Shown: positions 17,231 to 26,871, counted from the stretch's first letter. The stretch is DNA of 54,755 nt from a virus (IMGVR_UViG_3300027022_000012:1-54755); one strand, 5' to 3'. Made by a program: numbers and translations. Notes: generated from the letters alone by a model not told the origin.

Positions 17231-17841
17231 GGGAACTTCGAGGCCTCTCCGGTCAATACGATGTCATCTACGCCGATCCTGCCTGGAAGTTCAAAAGCAA
17301 CAGCGAGAAGAAGCCGGGACGAAATCCGATGCGGCACTACAAGTGCATGACGTTGGATGAAATCGAAGCACTTCCTGTCCTCGAATACGCCGCTGATAAT
17401 TGCGCGCTGTTCCTCTGGATCACCGGCCCGTTTCTTGCCATCGGTGCACACATCCCGGTCATGAAAGCGTGGGGCTTCAAACCGTCGTCCATCGCTTTTA
17501 CGTGGGTCAAGACGACCCTGTCGAGCGGCGCGCAGGGCAGGATGTTCGCCCCGCCGATATCGGCCAAGGACTTCCGGGTCGGGCCAGGCATGACCACGCT
17601 GCAGAACGCCGAGTTCTGCATTCTCGGAAAGCGCGGCCGATCACTCCGTAAGAAGCCGGTCTTTTCCGTCATCCCGGAGCCGCGCCGGGAGCACTCCAGA
17701 AAACCAGCCATCACCCGCGATCTGATCCGGGAATACGTCGGGCCGGACGCCCGGGTGGCCGAGCTCTTTTCCCGCCACACCCCGAACGACCCGCTCTGGG
17801 ACGTCTGGGGCAACGAAACCACCAAGTTCAGGGCAGCCTGA
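17227..17841 (+). CDS. MT-A70-family adenine methyltransferase
   Basis: YDVIYADPAW, LFLW, AWGF, FTWVK, REHSRKP, ELFSR, WGNE; TTG start after GGAGG. Confidence 0.9.
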   Translation: MRELRGLSGQYDVIYADPAWKFKSNSEKKPGRNPMRHYKCMTLDEIEALPVLEYAADNCALFLWITGPFLAIGAHIPVMKAWGFKPSSIAFTWVKTTLSSGAQGRMFAPPISAKDFRVGPGMTTLQNAEFCILGKRGRSLRKKPVFSVIPEPRREHSRKPAITRDLIREYVGPDARVAELFSRHTPNDPLWDVWGNETTKFRAA

Positions 17842-18629
17842 TGGCAAAGCTCACCAAAGCCCAAGGGAAGGCACACCAGCAGGCATGTGACCTCCTGAAG
17901 AAGGATGTGCTTACTCAGGACGACAAGGAATTTGTTCTCAGGAATTGGCACGAGGGCGCCACCCATGTGAACAGCATGGCGGGAGCCTTCTTCACCCCCT
18001 TGGATCTCGCCTATGACTTCGCGATCGAGGTCACAGACGGGCGCGTCATCGACCTCTGCGCCGGGATCGGAATGCTCTCCTACGCCACCTTGCATCGGCA
18101 ATATCTGTCCAAGGAGCGGCTTCATCTGACCTGCGTTGAGATCAACGCCGATTACATCGAGGTCGGACGCAAGATACTGCCCGAAGCGACATGGATTCAG
18201 GCCAGTGTCTTTGATGTGTTCGACATGGGCCTCGGGAGATTTGATTGCGCGATCAGCAATCCGCCGTTCGGCGCAACGAAACGGGCTCTTGGCAAGAAGG
18301 CCCCTCGGTACACCGGGGCCGACTTCGAATTTCACGTCATCGATATCGCCGCCCATCTAGCCGATTACGGCGTCTTTTTGGTCCCGCAGATGTCTGCCGG
18401 TTTCAATTACAGCGGCCGCCCGTCCTATGAGCGCCAGACCTCCGGCAAGGCAGTCGATTTTCAGGAAAAGACGGGCCTGTACTTCGAGGCAGGTTGCGGC
18501 GTCGACACTGATTTTCACCGGCAATCATGGCGCGGTGTTTCCCCCCTTTGCGAGATCGTCTGCGTCGACTTCAAAGACCAGCAGACCGAAGCTCAGTCCG
18601 ATCAACTCAGCCTGTTCGAGGTCGCATGA
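17841..18629 (+). CDS. SAM-dependent amino-methyltransferase (probable DNA m6A)
   Basis: GAFFTP, IDLCAGIG, ISNPPF. Confidence 0.85.
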   Translation: MAKLTKAQGKAHQQACDLLKKDVLTQDDKEFVLRNWHEGATHVNSMAGAFFTPLDLAYDFAIEVTDGRVIDLCAGIGMLSYATLHRQYLSKERLHLTCVEINADYIEVGRKILPEATWIQASVFDVFDMGLGRFDCAISNPPFGATKRALGKKAPRYTGADFEFHVIDIAAHLADYGVFLVPQMSAGFNYSGRPSYERQTSGKAVDFQEKTGLYFEAGCGVDTDFHRQSWRGVSPLCEIVCVDFKDQQTEAQSDQLSLFEVA

Positions 18630-20977
18630 AAAAGAAAAAGATGCTTGTCGCTGATCTGCTGTGCGGGGCCGGGGGCTCCTCCACCGGATGCCAGAGGGCC
18701 ATGCGCGAACTCGGCCTCGAGATGGAACTGGTCTGCCTGAATCATTGGCCGACCGCCATCGAGACACACCAGCTCAACCACCCGGAGGCCCGGCACTACG
18801 TCCAGGACATCTCAACCGTCCGGCCGCACCTGATCGTCCCTGAAGGCTATCTCGACCTGCTGATGGCCTCGCCCACCTGCACGCACCATTCGGTGGCGCG
18901 CGGCGGCAAGCCGACCAGCGATCAGCAGCGCTCCGATCCCTGGCACATCATCACATGGCTGACCGAGCTCAGGGTGAAGCGGATTATCATCGAGAACGTG
19001 TGGGAGTACATCGGCTGGGGCCCTGTCAACGCGCAGACCGGCAAGCCGGTGAAGTCGCGCAAGGGCGAATACTTCCATGCATGGATACGGACTATCCAGG
19101 GCCTCGGCTTCGACAATCTCGAATGGCGCAAGCTGAACGCCGCGGACTATGGCGACGCGACCACCCGGCAACGTTTCATCCTGATGGGGCGGTCCGATGG
19201 CCGCAAGGTGCACTGGCCCATGCCGACGCACCGGAAGCGCGAAGAGGTCTCCACCGACCTGTTCGCCGATCAGCTTCCTTGGAGGCCGGCACGCGAAATC
19301 ATCGATTGGACGATCAAGGGCAAATCGATTTTCGGCCGCAAAAAGCCGCTGGCACCTAAGACGCTGGTCAGGATCTTCGCCGGCGCCGTCAAGTTCAAAT
19401 GGCCCGAGCCCTTCCTGCGCTTGCTCCTGGCCGAGATCGACAATTCGCTCCGGTACCACATCAACTGGTTCTTCTCGGTCCGGAACGCCCACAAGACCAA
19501 GAAGGACCGCCAGAAGCGCAGGGCGAAGGTGCGCGACACCATCACCAAGCTGAGGCAGTTCAGGGAATCCCCATTCGAGATCGCCAGCGGCAAGCGGCTT
19601 CCCGAGCCGATGGTCGTGACGCTCCGCCAGAACGCAGACGGTCGATCGATAGAAGAACCGATACCGGCCCTGGCCGCCAACGGCACGCATGTAGGCCTGG
19701 CAGATCCCGTCATGATCAACATGAAGAAGGGAACCGCCCCCAGCGACGTGGAATCGCCGCTGCCGACGCAGACCTCGAAGGCCAGCCACATGGGAATGGC
19801 CGAGCCGGTCATCATGAACGGTCGCAAGGGCAACCAGGCGAAGCCGGTCTCGACAGATCCCATTCCGACGTTGGATACCAAGGGCGGGGTCTGGCTGGCC
19901 GAGCCGATGGTTCTTTCCCAGCACAACAGCGGTGCAGCCCGGTCGACCGAAGACCCATTGCCGACAATCACGACCGGCGGTGCGGCCACGGAAGAGCACC
20001 CAGGCTGCGCCCGGCCGATGCTGGTGACCGTGGCCCACGGCAACGATGCCAAGGAGAAGGACCCGAACAGCCGTCGAGCGAACAGTGTCGAGGACCCGCT
20101 TGGGGCCATCCATGGATCAGGATCATCCCACGCGCTGGTGATGTCCTATTATGGCAACACCGCATGGTGCCACAGCCCAGATGAGCCTCTCGCGACGATT
20201 ACAGCCAAGGAGCGGCATTCTGTCGTCGAGCCCTTCGTCCTCTCTCAGGCGTCCGGCGGTGCCGCCAGAGGCGTAGAGGAGCCCATCCCGGCACAAACCA
20301 CGGGCGGCAAAGGCGGGGCCCACACGCTGATCTCGCCCTATTACGGCTCTGGCTCGGGAGAAACCTGCGTCAGCGCTGAGGAGCCACTACCGACGGTCAC
20401 CGCCAAGGGACGGTTCGGCATGGTGGTTCCGGTCACCAATTCGAACGGCGGCGCCCAAGCCCGCGACATCAACACCGATCCGCTGCCGACCATGACGACC
20501 GCGCGGGGAGGCGAGTTCGCCGCCGTCCTGCCGGTGACCCACGCAGGCGGCGAGAACCGCATCAGCGACGTGGACGATCCACTTCCGACGGTGACGGGGG
20601 CGAACCGGGGGGAGCTGGCCTTCATCACCGCCCAGCACGGCGAGCGGTCCGGCCAAGCACCGCGCGTGCATGACCTTGACCAGCCGACCCCGACAATCGC
20701 CGCAACGGGTCATGTGGACCTGATCGAGGCGACAGAGGGTTACGACATCCTCTTCAGGATGCTGGAGCCGCACGAGTTGGCCGCAGCCATGGGCTTCTCG
20801 GACGAGGAGCAGACCTACGAGTTCGCCGGCAGCAAGACGGACATGATCAAGCAGATCGGCAACGCCGTCTCGGTCAAGAAGATGAAGGCCTGCGTCCGCT
20901 CGATGTTCTCCGACGTCGCCAAAACTGAGCCCGCCAATCTGGCAGCGCTGCAGGGATTTCAGGAGGCGGCAGAGTGA
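18626..20977 (+). CDS. DNA cytosine-5 methyltransferase with long repetitive variable region
   Basis: DLLCGAGG, ASPTC, IENV, LNAADYG..T.R.RF, RML...EL, QIGNAV. Confidence 0.92.
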   Translation: MKKKKMLVADLLCGAGGSSTGCQRAMRELGLEMELVCLNHWPTAIETHQLNHPEARHYVQDISTVRPHLIVPEGYLDLLMASPTCTHHSVARGGKPTSDQQRSDPWHIITWLTELRVKRIIIENVWEYIGWGPVNAQTGKPVKSRKGEYFHAWIRTIQGLGFDNLEWRKLNAADYGDATTRQRFILMGRSDGRKVHWPMPTHRKREEVSTDLFADQLPWRPAREIIDWTIKGKSIFGRKKPLAPKTLVRIFAGAVKFKWPEPFLRLLLAEIDNSLRYHINWFFSVRNAHKTKKDRQKRRAKVRDTITKLRQFRESPFEIASGKRLPEPMVVTLRQNADGRSIEEPIPALAANGTHVGLADPVMINMKKGTAPSDVESPLPTQTSKASHMGMAEPVIMNGRKGNQAKPVSTDPIPTLDTKGGVWLAEPMVLSQHNSGAARSTEDPLPTITTGGAATEEHPGCARPMLVTVAHGNDAKEKDPNSRRANSVEDPLGAIHGSGSSHALVMSYYGNTAWCHSPDEPLATITAKERHSVVEPFVLSQASGGAARGVEEPIPAQTTGGKGGAHTLISPYYGSGSGETCVSAEEPLPTVTAKGRFGMVVPVTNSNGGAQARDINTDPLPTMTTARGGEFAAVLPVTHAGGENRISDVDDPLPTVTGANRGELAFITAQHGERSGQAPRVHDLDQPTPTIAATGHVDLIEATEGYDILFRMLEPHELAAAMGFSDEEQTYEFAGSKTDMIKQIGNAVSVKKMKACVRSMFSDVAKTEPANLAALQGFQEAAE

Positions 20978-21711
20978 CGAAGAACTCGTTTGCGGGTATG
21001 GGCGGACACCAGGGCGCACGACCGACAACGGATATTTGGCTTACGCCGCCCGCTCTTCTCGAATCCGTCGGAGGCAGCACCTCTTTTGATTTGGACCCTT
21101 GCGCACCGGAGGCAAGGCCATGGCCCACGGCTCGACATCATTACACAGCTACGGAAAACGGTCTGATCAAGCCTTGGTTCGGTCGCGTTTGGCTCAACCC
21201 TCCCTACCAGCGACCTATGATCCGCTCCTTTTTGGGACGGATGGCAGCGCACGGCAGGGGCCTTGCTCTGATTTTCGCACGAACTGAAACAGAGCATTTT
21301 GCTAGGTTCGTTTGGCCAGTTTGCGACGCGCTTCTGTTCCTCGAGGGCAGAATTTATTTTCACCACGCTGACGGGAGTCGAGCACACAAGAACGCTGGTG
21401 CCCCTTCTGTCTTCTGTGCCTATGGGGCTGAAGAGGCAGACGTGCTGGCCGGATGTGGCTTGAGAGGGGCTTTTGTTCCTCTGAGGGTCAGAGCCTTTGT
21501 GCATGGCATAGACGACACCCGAACTTGGCGTGAGGTTATTTCGTCCTGGATGAAGCACCGCGACGGTCCCACTCAACTCGCGGAACTCTACCGATCCTTT
21601 GCAGCTCACCCTAAAGCAAAGCGCAATCCGAATTATCAGGCGAAGATCCGACAGGTTCTTCAACAAGGGCCATTTGAGCGGGTCGGCCGCGGGCTATGGG
21701 AGGCGGCATGA
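20974..21711 (+). CDS. Phage Dam-like N6-adenine methyltransferase
   Basis: WLTPP, FDLDPCA, NGL..W.GRVWLNPPY, ARTET..F, GRI.F. Confidence 0.88.
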   Translation: MTKNSFAGMGGHQGARPTTDIWLTPPALLESVGGSTSFDLDPCAPEARPWPTARHHYTATENGLIKPWFGRVWLNPPYQRPMIRSFLGRMAAHGRGLALIFARTETEHFARFVWPVCDALLFLEGRIYFHHADGSRAHKNAGAPSVFCAYGAEEADVLAGCGLRGAFVPLRVRAFVHGIDDTRTWREVISSWMKHRDGPTQLAELYRSFAAHPKAKRNPNYQAKIRQVLQQGPFERVGRGLWEAA

Positions 21712-22820
21712 CTCGCGCTGACGACACCGAGCTCATAGTCAAACGCCTCACCGACGACATCGAGCGGCTCCTCGACACCTACGCTTCCGGCTGGGTGCCT
21801 CACAAGGGCTGCGCCCATCCTTCCCCGAAGTCGAAGAAGCAGCTCGGCAGCTTCAAGGTCAACCTGGTCGGTGGGCGCAGAGGGCAGTGGTACCGGTTCA
21901 GCCAAGGATTCGGAGGCGGGCCGGTCAAGCTCCTTGCCTACTTCCTGAACGGCACCACCCACGAACCGTCGCGCTCCGAGATCGCGGATGCCTTCAAGGA
22001 AGCACGCATTTTCCTCGGGATGAACCAAGGCGAGGTCGACCATGAAGCGATCCAGAAGGCGAAAGAGCACCGCGAGCGGCAGGTCGTGCAGCGCGAAGCG
22101 GAAGAGGCCGCGGCGCGCGAGTTCAATGAAGAGGCCGCGATGGACCTTTGGATGACTTCGTCTCTTGCCGACGGGACGTTGGCCGAAGTCTATTTCAGGA
22201 GCCGAGTGAGGGGTTGGGACGGCTTCCACACCGATCAGATCCGCTTCCACCCTGAGGCCTATTATTCGAAGACCCAGAAGCTCCCCTGCATCGTTTGTCT
22301 GGTGACCGGCCCGGACGGAAACCCTGCCGGCGTCTGGCGGATCTATCTGAACGCTGACGGCACCAATTTCTACGATTGGGTGAACGGCAAGTGGGCAAAG
22401 GTCAAGAAGGGCCTCGGCCCCTGCATGGAAGTCGGTGGCGCAATCCGCCTGTTTCCGGCGACCGACACCATCGGGGCCTGTGAAGGTGTGGAAACCGGGT
22501 ATGGAGCCTGGAACCTCTGCCTCCGGGAGATCCCTATCTGGCCGGTGATGGCGACCTCCGGAATGGTCAACTTCCGCCCGCCTTTTGGAATCGAGCGCGT
22601 CGCGATCTTTCCGGACGGCGACCTGGAGTGGAGCGAAAAGAGAAGCGACTGGCGCGACCCGCCAGGCTTCAAGGCAGCCCGCACGCTCCAGAAGCGCATG
22701 CACGACCTCGGCTTGATCAGCCCGATCGATCCGGTACCGGCCGACGGTCTCGACCACCTTGAACGTTGGAACGAAGCTTACGACGCCGGATTGCGCGTCA
22801 ACGGGGAGATTGCAGTTTGA
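21708..22820 (+). CDS. Toprim-domain DNA primase
   Basis: GTLAEVYF.SR, IRFHP, GGAIRL, EGVETG, IFPDGD; upstream of helicase. Confidence 0.8.
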   Translation: MTRADDTELIVKRLTDDIERLLDTYASGWVPHKGCAHPSPKSKKQLGSFKVNLVGGRRGQWYRFSQGFGGGPVKLLAYFLNGTTHEPSRSEIADAFKEARIFLGMNQGEVDHEAIQKAKEHRERQVVQREAEEAAAREFNEEAAMDLWMTSSLADGTLAEVYFRSRVRGWDGFHTDQIRFHPEAYYSKTQKLPCIVCLVTGPDGNPAGVWRIYLNADGTNFYDWVNGKWAKVKKGLGPCMEVGGAIRLFPATDTIGACEGVETGYGAWNLCLREIPIWPVMATSGMVNFRPPFGIERVAIFPDGDLEWSEKRSDWRDPPGFKAARTLQKRMHDLGLISPIDPVPADGLDHLERWNEAYDAGLRVNGEIAV

Positions 22821-24181
22821 CCATAGGAATCCAAAACCTCCCGGAACGCGAATGCGAGTGGATCGGTCTGATTATGCAATCGCCCGTATCTGCGAACGAG
22901 TATGCACAGCAGGTCCCGACATCGGCGTTCACGAACAAGCTGACCGGTTCAATCTGGCAGTCGATGATCGATTTGACCAAGGCAGGGACACAGATTTCGG
23001 TCTCGGCCGTCCGGGAGCGGGTGAGGCTCGACCCGAACGATTACGGCATCCCGTCGCTGCCGTCCTTCCTGTCCCACTGCATGCGCAAGGCTGGCTCCGA
23101 CATCTCCCTCGACGATCTCGCCGGCATTCTCGTCGACGAGGCGCACAAGCGGCAGCTCTGGGAGGCCGTTGGTGCGATCCAGAAGGATCTCAGCGGGGCA
23201 CAGGGCACAGGCGAAGAGATCGCGCTTAAGGCCATCAAGAGCCTCACGGAAGCAATCTCGGATAATAGGGCTGGTGACACCATCACCTTGTACGAGGCAG
23301 CAGAGCTCTTCTATGCGGACGTGTCAAAATCCTTCCAGCGCAACGAGCCAATGGGGAGCGATTGGGGCCTAAAGGAACTCGACAAGATAATGGGGATGGT
23401 TCACCGCGGGGACCTCGGAATTCTTGGCGGACCATCAGGACACGGAAAGTCCGCTCTCGCTATGCAGATCGGAATGCATTTTGCCAAGCGGCTCCCTGTC
23501 CTGATGATCCAGGCCGAGATGCGACATCAGGATGTCGCCGGCCGAGAGGTCCTAGGCATGTCCGGGGTCGCGTCTAGCCGAGTTGAAACTGGAGCAATTC
23601 AAGCGAGCGAAATAGAGGCTATCTACAACGCCGCCGAGCGCCTGAAGGGTATCCCGTTCGAGGTCACCTATACCGACGATATGCGGATTTCCCGCATCCG
23701 CAGCCGGATCCAATCGTTCAAGCATCGGCACGGCGCATGCGGGTTGGTGATCATTGACACCATCAAACACGTTGACCCGGAGGAAAAGGGCGCAAGGGAA
23801 GGCGTCGCCAGGGTTATGGCGGCCGCCCCGAAGCTCGACAAGATGGCCAAGGCACTCGATGTCCCGATCATGGCGCTTGCGCAGGTGAAGCAAACCTACG
23901 CCGACAAGAACGGAGAATCCTTCAGCAAGTTCGATCTCTTCGGCGGCGGAGACCTCTGTGAAGTCGCGTCTTGGGTATTGCTCATGCACCAACCTCATAT
24001 CCGAGCCGAAACGAACGGCGGCAAGGACTCTCAGGCGATCATCGACAAATGGGAGGGCAATGTTTGGGTGCGATCCGGGAAGCGCCGGCGAGGCAAGGAG
24101 ATGAGCGGAAAATTGGTCTGGGTGCCCGAGCGGACCCGCTTCGCCGATCCCGATGATGATGTTGGAGAAACCTTCCTATGA
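22817..24181 (+). CDS. DnaB-like replicative helicase
   Basis: Walker A GGPSGHGKS, EM, VIID, ALAQ. Confidence 0.9.
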   Translation: MTIGIQNLPERECEWIGLIMQSPVSANEYAQQVPTSAFTNKLTGSIWQSMIDLTKAGTQISVSAVRERVRLDPNDYGIPSLPSFLSHCMRKAGSDISLDDLAGILVDEAHKRQLWEAVGAIQKDLSGAQGTGEEIALKAIKSLTEAISDNRAGDTITLYEAAELFYADVSKSFQRNEPMGSDWGLKELDKIMGMVHRGDLGILGGPSGHGKSALAMQIGMHFAKRLPVLMIQAEMRHQDVAGREVLGMSGVASSRVETGAIQASEIEAIYNAAERLKGIPFEVTYTDDMRISRIRSRIQSFKHRHGACGLVIIDTIKHVDPEEKGAREGVARVMAAAPKLDKMAKALDVPIMALAQVKQTYADKNGESFSKFDLFGGGDLCEVASWVLLMHQPHIRAETNGGKDSQAIIDKWEGNVWVRSGKRRRGKEMSGKLVWVPERTRFADPDDDVGETFL

Positions 24182-24660
24182 CCGATCATACAGCCCTCAT
24201 CGAGAGCGCCACGCAAGCGCTCGCTCACTGGCAAAGGCGGGTCAGTGCGCCCGGGGCGACCATCGAGGACGAGTTCCACCACGAGCGCGCCAGGTCGAGG
24301 CTTCTCCAATATGAAAACCAGGCTCTAAAGGCACAGAACGCCGAGCTTCGGAAGGAGTTGAGACATGCCGGCCGAAAAGATAACGGATACGACCGTGGCG
24401 CGGGAGCTTTGCGCGGAGCTGGCGATCGAATGTCTGCCCGCGAACGTGCCGATGCGCTTTTCGCCAACATCACCGGCGAAGACCAATGCCGTGGTGCAGA
24501 TCCAGAAGATGATCAACCTGCACGGCCGGGAGCATGCGTGGGCGGTCCTCTACTCGCTGACGCAGAGCGAGAACAACAGGTGCTACCTGACCAGGGCCAT
24601 CATCGGCGCGATAAGCGACCTGTTCTGTCGCTACCCGTCATGGCGAGAAAGGCTGGGTGA
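24178..24660 (+). CDS. Hypothetical protein (overlaps next gene)
   Basis: ATGA-coupled to helicase; coiled-coil N-terminal half. Confidence 0.4.
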   Translation: MTDHTALIESATQALAHWQRRVSAPGATIEDEFHHERARSRLLQYENQALKAQNAELRKELRHAGRKDNGYDRGAGALRGAGDRMSARERADALFANITGEDQCRGADPEDDQPARPGACVGGPLLADAEREQQVLPDQGHHRRDKRPVLSLPVMARKAG

Positions 24661-24832
24661 GTTCTGTGATGTTCTTGATGCGGTCGATTTCGACTATCTC
24701 AGGAAGCTCGCCAACCGGGCGCCCGGGAAGGACGGTCGGGCCCCGGATAAGCGGGTGATCATGGCCGGATACCTGCAGCAGCTCTTTGAACCAGTGATGG
24801 AGCCGGAAAGCCAAGAGGAGATGGTGGCATGA
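24365..24832 (+). CDS. Conserved hypothetical phage protein
   Basis: AAGGAG SD; coupled to next gene. Confidence 0.65.
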   Translation: MPAEKITDTTVARELCAELAIECLPANVPMRFSPTSPAKTNAVVQIQKMINLHGREHAWAVLYSLTQSENNRCYLTRAIIGAISDLFCRYPSWRERLGEFCDVLDAVDFDYLRKLANRAPGKDGRAPDKRVIMAGYLQQLFEPVMEPESQEEMVA

Positions 24833-25080
24833 AGCAAGCGATTAAATGGACGGGAGACAATGCTCAGCAGATCTGCACCGCAATCTCCGGGTTGGATCTC
24901 AAACCCTATGAGCTAGGCGGCGGGGTTTGGTTGAAGCAACCGGAGCCCGGCACTTTCCAACTCGCAATTCCGGCCAGAAACGGTGAGGTCTACTTGAACG
25001 AGGGTGACTTTGCTGTTCAGGAAGACGATGGGTGCTGGATAAGGCTGTCTCCAGAGCAATTCGAAAAGGAGTACGCATGA
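24829..25080 (+). CDS. Hypothetical phage protein
   Basis: AIKWTGDN...GDF....FEKEY pattern common in phages. Confidence 0.65.
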   Translation: MKQAIKWTGDNAQQICTAISGLDLKPYELGGGVWLKQPEPGTFQLAIPARNGEVYLNEGDFAVQEDDGCWIRLSPEQFEKEYA

Positions 25081-25325
25081 CCCGCCTCCGGTGCTGCGTC
25101 CCCCACTGCAAGCGCACACGCGGCCCGAGGAAAGGCGAGACCGCCGTGCCTTTCACTGAGTGGATCTGCAGCGAGCACTACAAGCCGGTCGACAAGAAAT
25201 TGAAGGTGCTTCGCCGACGTCTGCGCCGCAGGCATGGCCCGACGGAACGCGGGCGCCGCGCCGACCACGTCATGTGGGCCAAAATCAAGAAACAGGCAAT
25301 CGAGAGAGGTCTCGGCTTAACATGA
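25077..25325 (+). CDS. Small Cys/His-rich basic protein
   Basis: CCVPHCKRT...EWIC..H; SD and ATGA coupling. Confidence 0.6.
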   Translation: MTRLRCCVPHCKRTRGPRKGETAVPFTEWICSEHYKPVDKKLKVLRRRLRRRHGPTERGRRADHVMWAKIKKQAIERGLGLT

Positions 25326-25828
25326 AAGCAAACATTGCTCCCTTTGGGCTGCGCATGCAGCCGGAACTCAAGATGATCATTAAACAAGAAGCCAAGCGTA
25401 ACAATCGCTCAATGAATTCAGAGATCATTCATCGATTGGAGAAGTCTGTCAAAGGAGCCTGCGAAATGACTGGAAAAGATAGACTCGTCAAACACCAAGA
25501 CAAAATCATCTTCCGCGCACCAGACGGTATGCGAGAACGTTTGAAAGTAGCAGCGAAGCGCAACAACATATCTATGAACGAGTTGATTTTAGAGATTCTT
25601 GAGCAACACTTTCCTGCACCTAATAGGTTGAGCGAGCGGCTATCGAACCTTGCCGATGCCGTCAAAGTATTGCGTGAAAATGTGAACGTTGATGAAGTGA
25701 TCTTTTTTAATCGGAAAATCGAAGAATTATTTAGTGACATCAATTCTGGGTTAATTCCGCTAGATGATGACGTCGCGAAAGGGACTGTTGCTAGGTTTAT
25801 CGAACAGTGGGGTAAGCACACCAAATGA
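25322..25828 (+). CDS. Tandem Arc-family ribbon-helix-helix protein
   Basis: PFGLRMQPELK....A..NNRSMNSEII.RLE and a second FRAPDGMRERLK.AA..NNISMNELI. Confidence 0.8.
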   Translation: MKANIAPFGLRMQPELKMIIKQEAKRNNRSMNSEIIHRLEKSVKGACEMTGKDRLVKHQDKIIFRAPDGMRERLKVAAKRNNISMNELILEILEQHFPAPNRLSERLSNLADAVKVLRENVNVDEVIFFNRKIEELFSDINSGLIPLDDDVAKGTVARFIEQWGKHTK

Positions 25829-26061
25829 TAGATATTAGTTTGAAGCAGGTTAATTCGAGTTCTCTGCCAGACGGTGCCGTATATGTCACTGATACCGCCC
25901 TTGCCACGCGTTGGAGTGTCTCCCGGCCCACGATCTGGCGATGGCACCGAGAAGACCGCTCATTCCCGCGAGCGGTAAAGCTCGGCGCGAATTGCAGTCG
26001 CTGGAAGCTCTCAGAGATTGAAGCATGGGAGCTGGATCGAGAACAGAGCCATAGAGCGTAG
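25825..26061 (+). CDS. AlpA-family regulator (second copy)
   Basis: LATRWSVSRPTIWRW....FPRAVKLG..CSRWKLSEIEAW. Confidence 0.85.
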   Translation: MIDISLKQVNSSSLPDGAVYVTDTALATRWSVSRPTIWRWHREDRSFPRAVKLGANCSRWKLSEIEAWELDREQSHRA

Positions 26062-26071
26062 GTCAACAGAC

Positions 26072-26602
26072 ATGAGCATCGGACATCTCGAAGCCCTGAT
26101 CATCGATCGGCTCATAGAGGCCCAAGTCGTCATGAAGAACATCTCGGTCCGCGGCGTGCGGCCGAGCGTAACGACGACCTTCTGGCCGGAGACCGAAACC
26201 AACCTCGAGGAGAGGTGGGAAGTGGTCAAGCAGCAGGTCATTGACGGCATCCGCACTGATGACCCTTTGCGGCCTCGCGCACCGCGGCCGTCGACCGATG
26301 CGGTATCCCGCATGGAGGAGACCTGGCGGTGGATGGCGGACATCAGGAACGACGACATCCGAAAGGCCCTTGCCATCAAGGTCTATTCGTGGGTCTATGA
26401 AGTGCCGTCGACGAAACTTGCCAAGGGAATTGGCATTGATCGCAGGACATTGAACCGGAGATTTAACCGGGCAATGGAACTTTTAACGGCAAGACTTTGT
26501 AAAAAAGACGATTTCCCGTCATTGCCAGATGAAAAATTGGTGTCCCGGTTTCGGCCTGGACAGGCTATAAAAAACCGTAACATCGCATCAAGTGCAGCTT
26601 GA
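26072..26602 (+). CDS. Probable late-gene regulator (DUF6362-like, C-terminal HTH)
   Basis: RL.EA, PS...VSRMEE...W, C-terminal HTH; Q-like position before late operon. Confidence 0.55.
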   Translation: MSIGHLEALIIDRLIEAQVVMKNISVRGVRPSVTTTFWPETETNLEERWEVVKQQVIDGIRTDDPLRPRAPRPSTDAVSRMEETWRWMADIRNDDIRKALAIKVYSWVYEVPSTKLAKGIGIDRRTLNRRFNRAMELLTARLCKKDDFPSLPDEKLVSRFRPGQAIKNRNIASSAA

Positions 26603-26871
26603 TCCAAATCAGTCACGCGGAGCCGGGATCTGGGGCACGTGACCCTCCCGAAACAGTCCGGCCCACAGCCAGCAGAGCACACCTTCAGGAATGCAACGCA
26701 GAACGCCGGGGTGGCATCCGGCAGGAATACTCAGCGAGAGGGGCGGCGAAGGCCGATTGGTGGTGTCAACGGGCACCCCCCGCCGCCCAAGAAACGCATA
26801 GCGAGAGAGGCCCGGTGGATGGGGTCTGAGGTAGCTCCTCGGATTGCCATGAAGCCGGGCCGCATCGTTTC

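Noticed and set aside
17227-21711. Restriction-modification system
   Set aside because: No restriction endonuclease or specificity subunit is adjacent; the methylases are orphans
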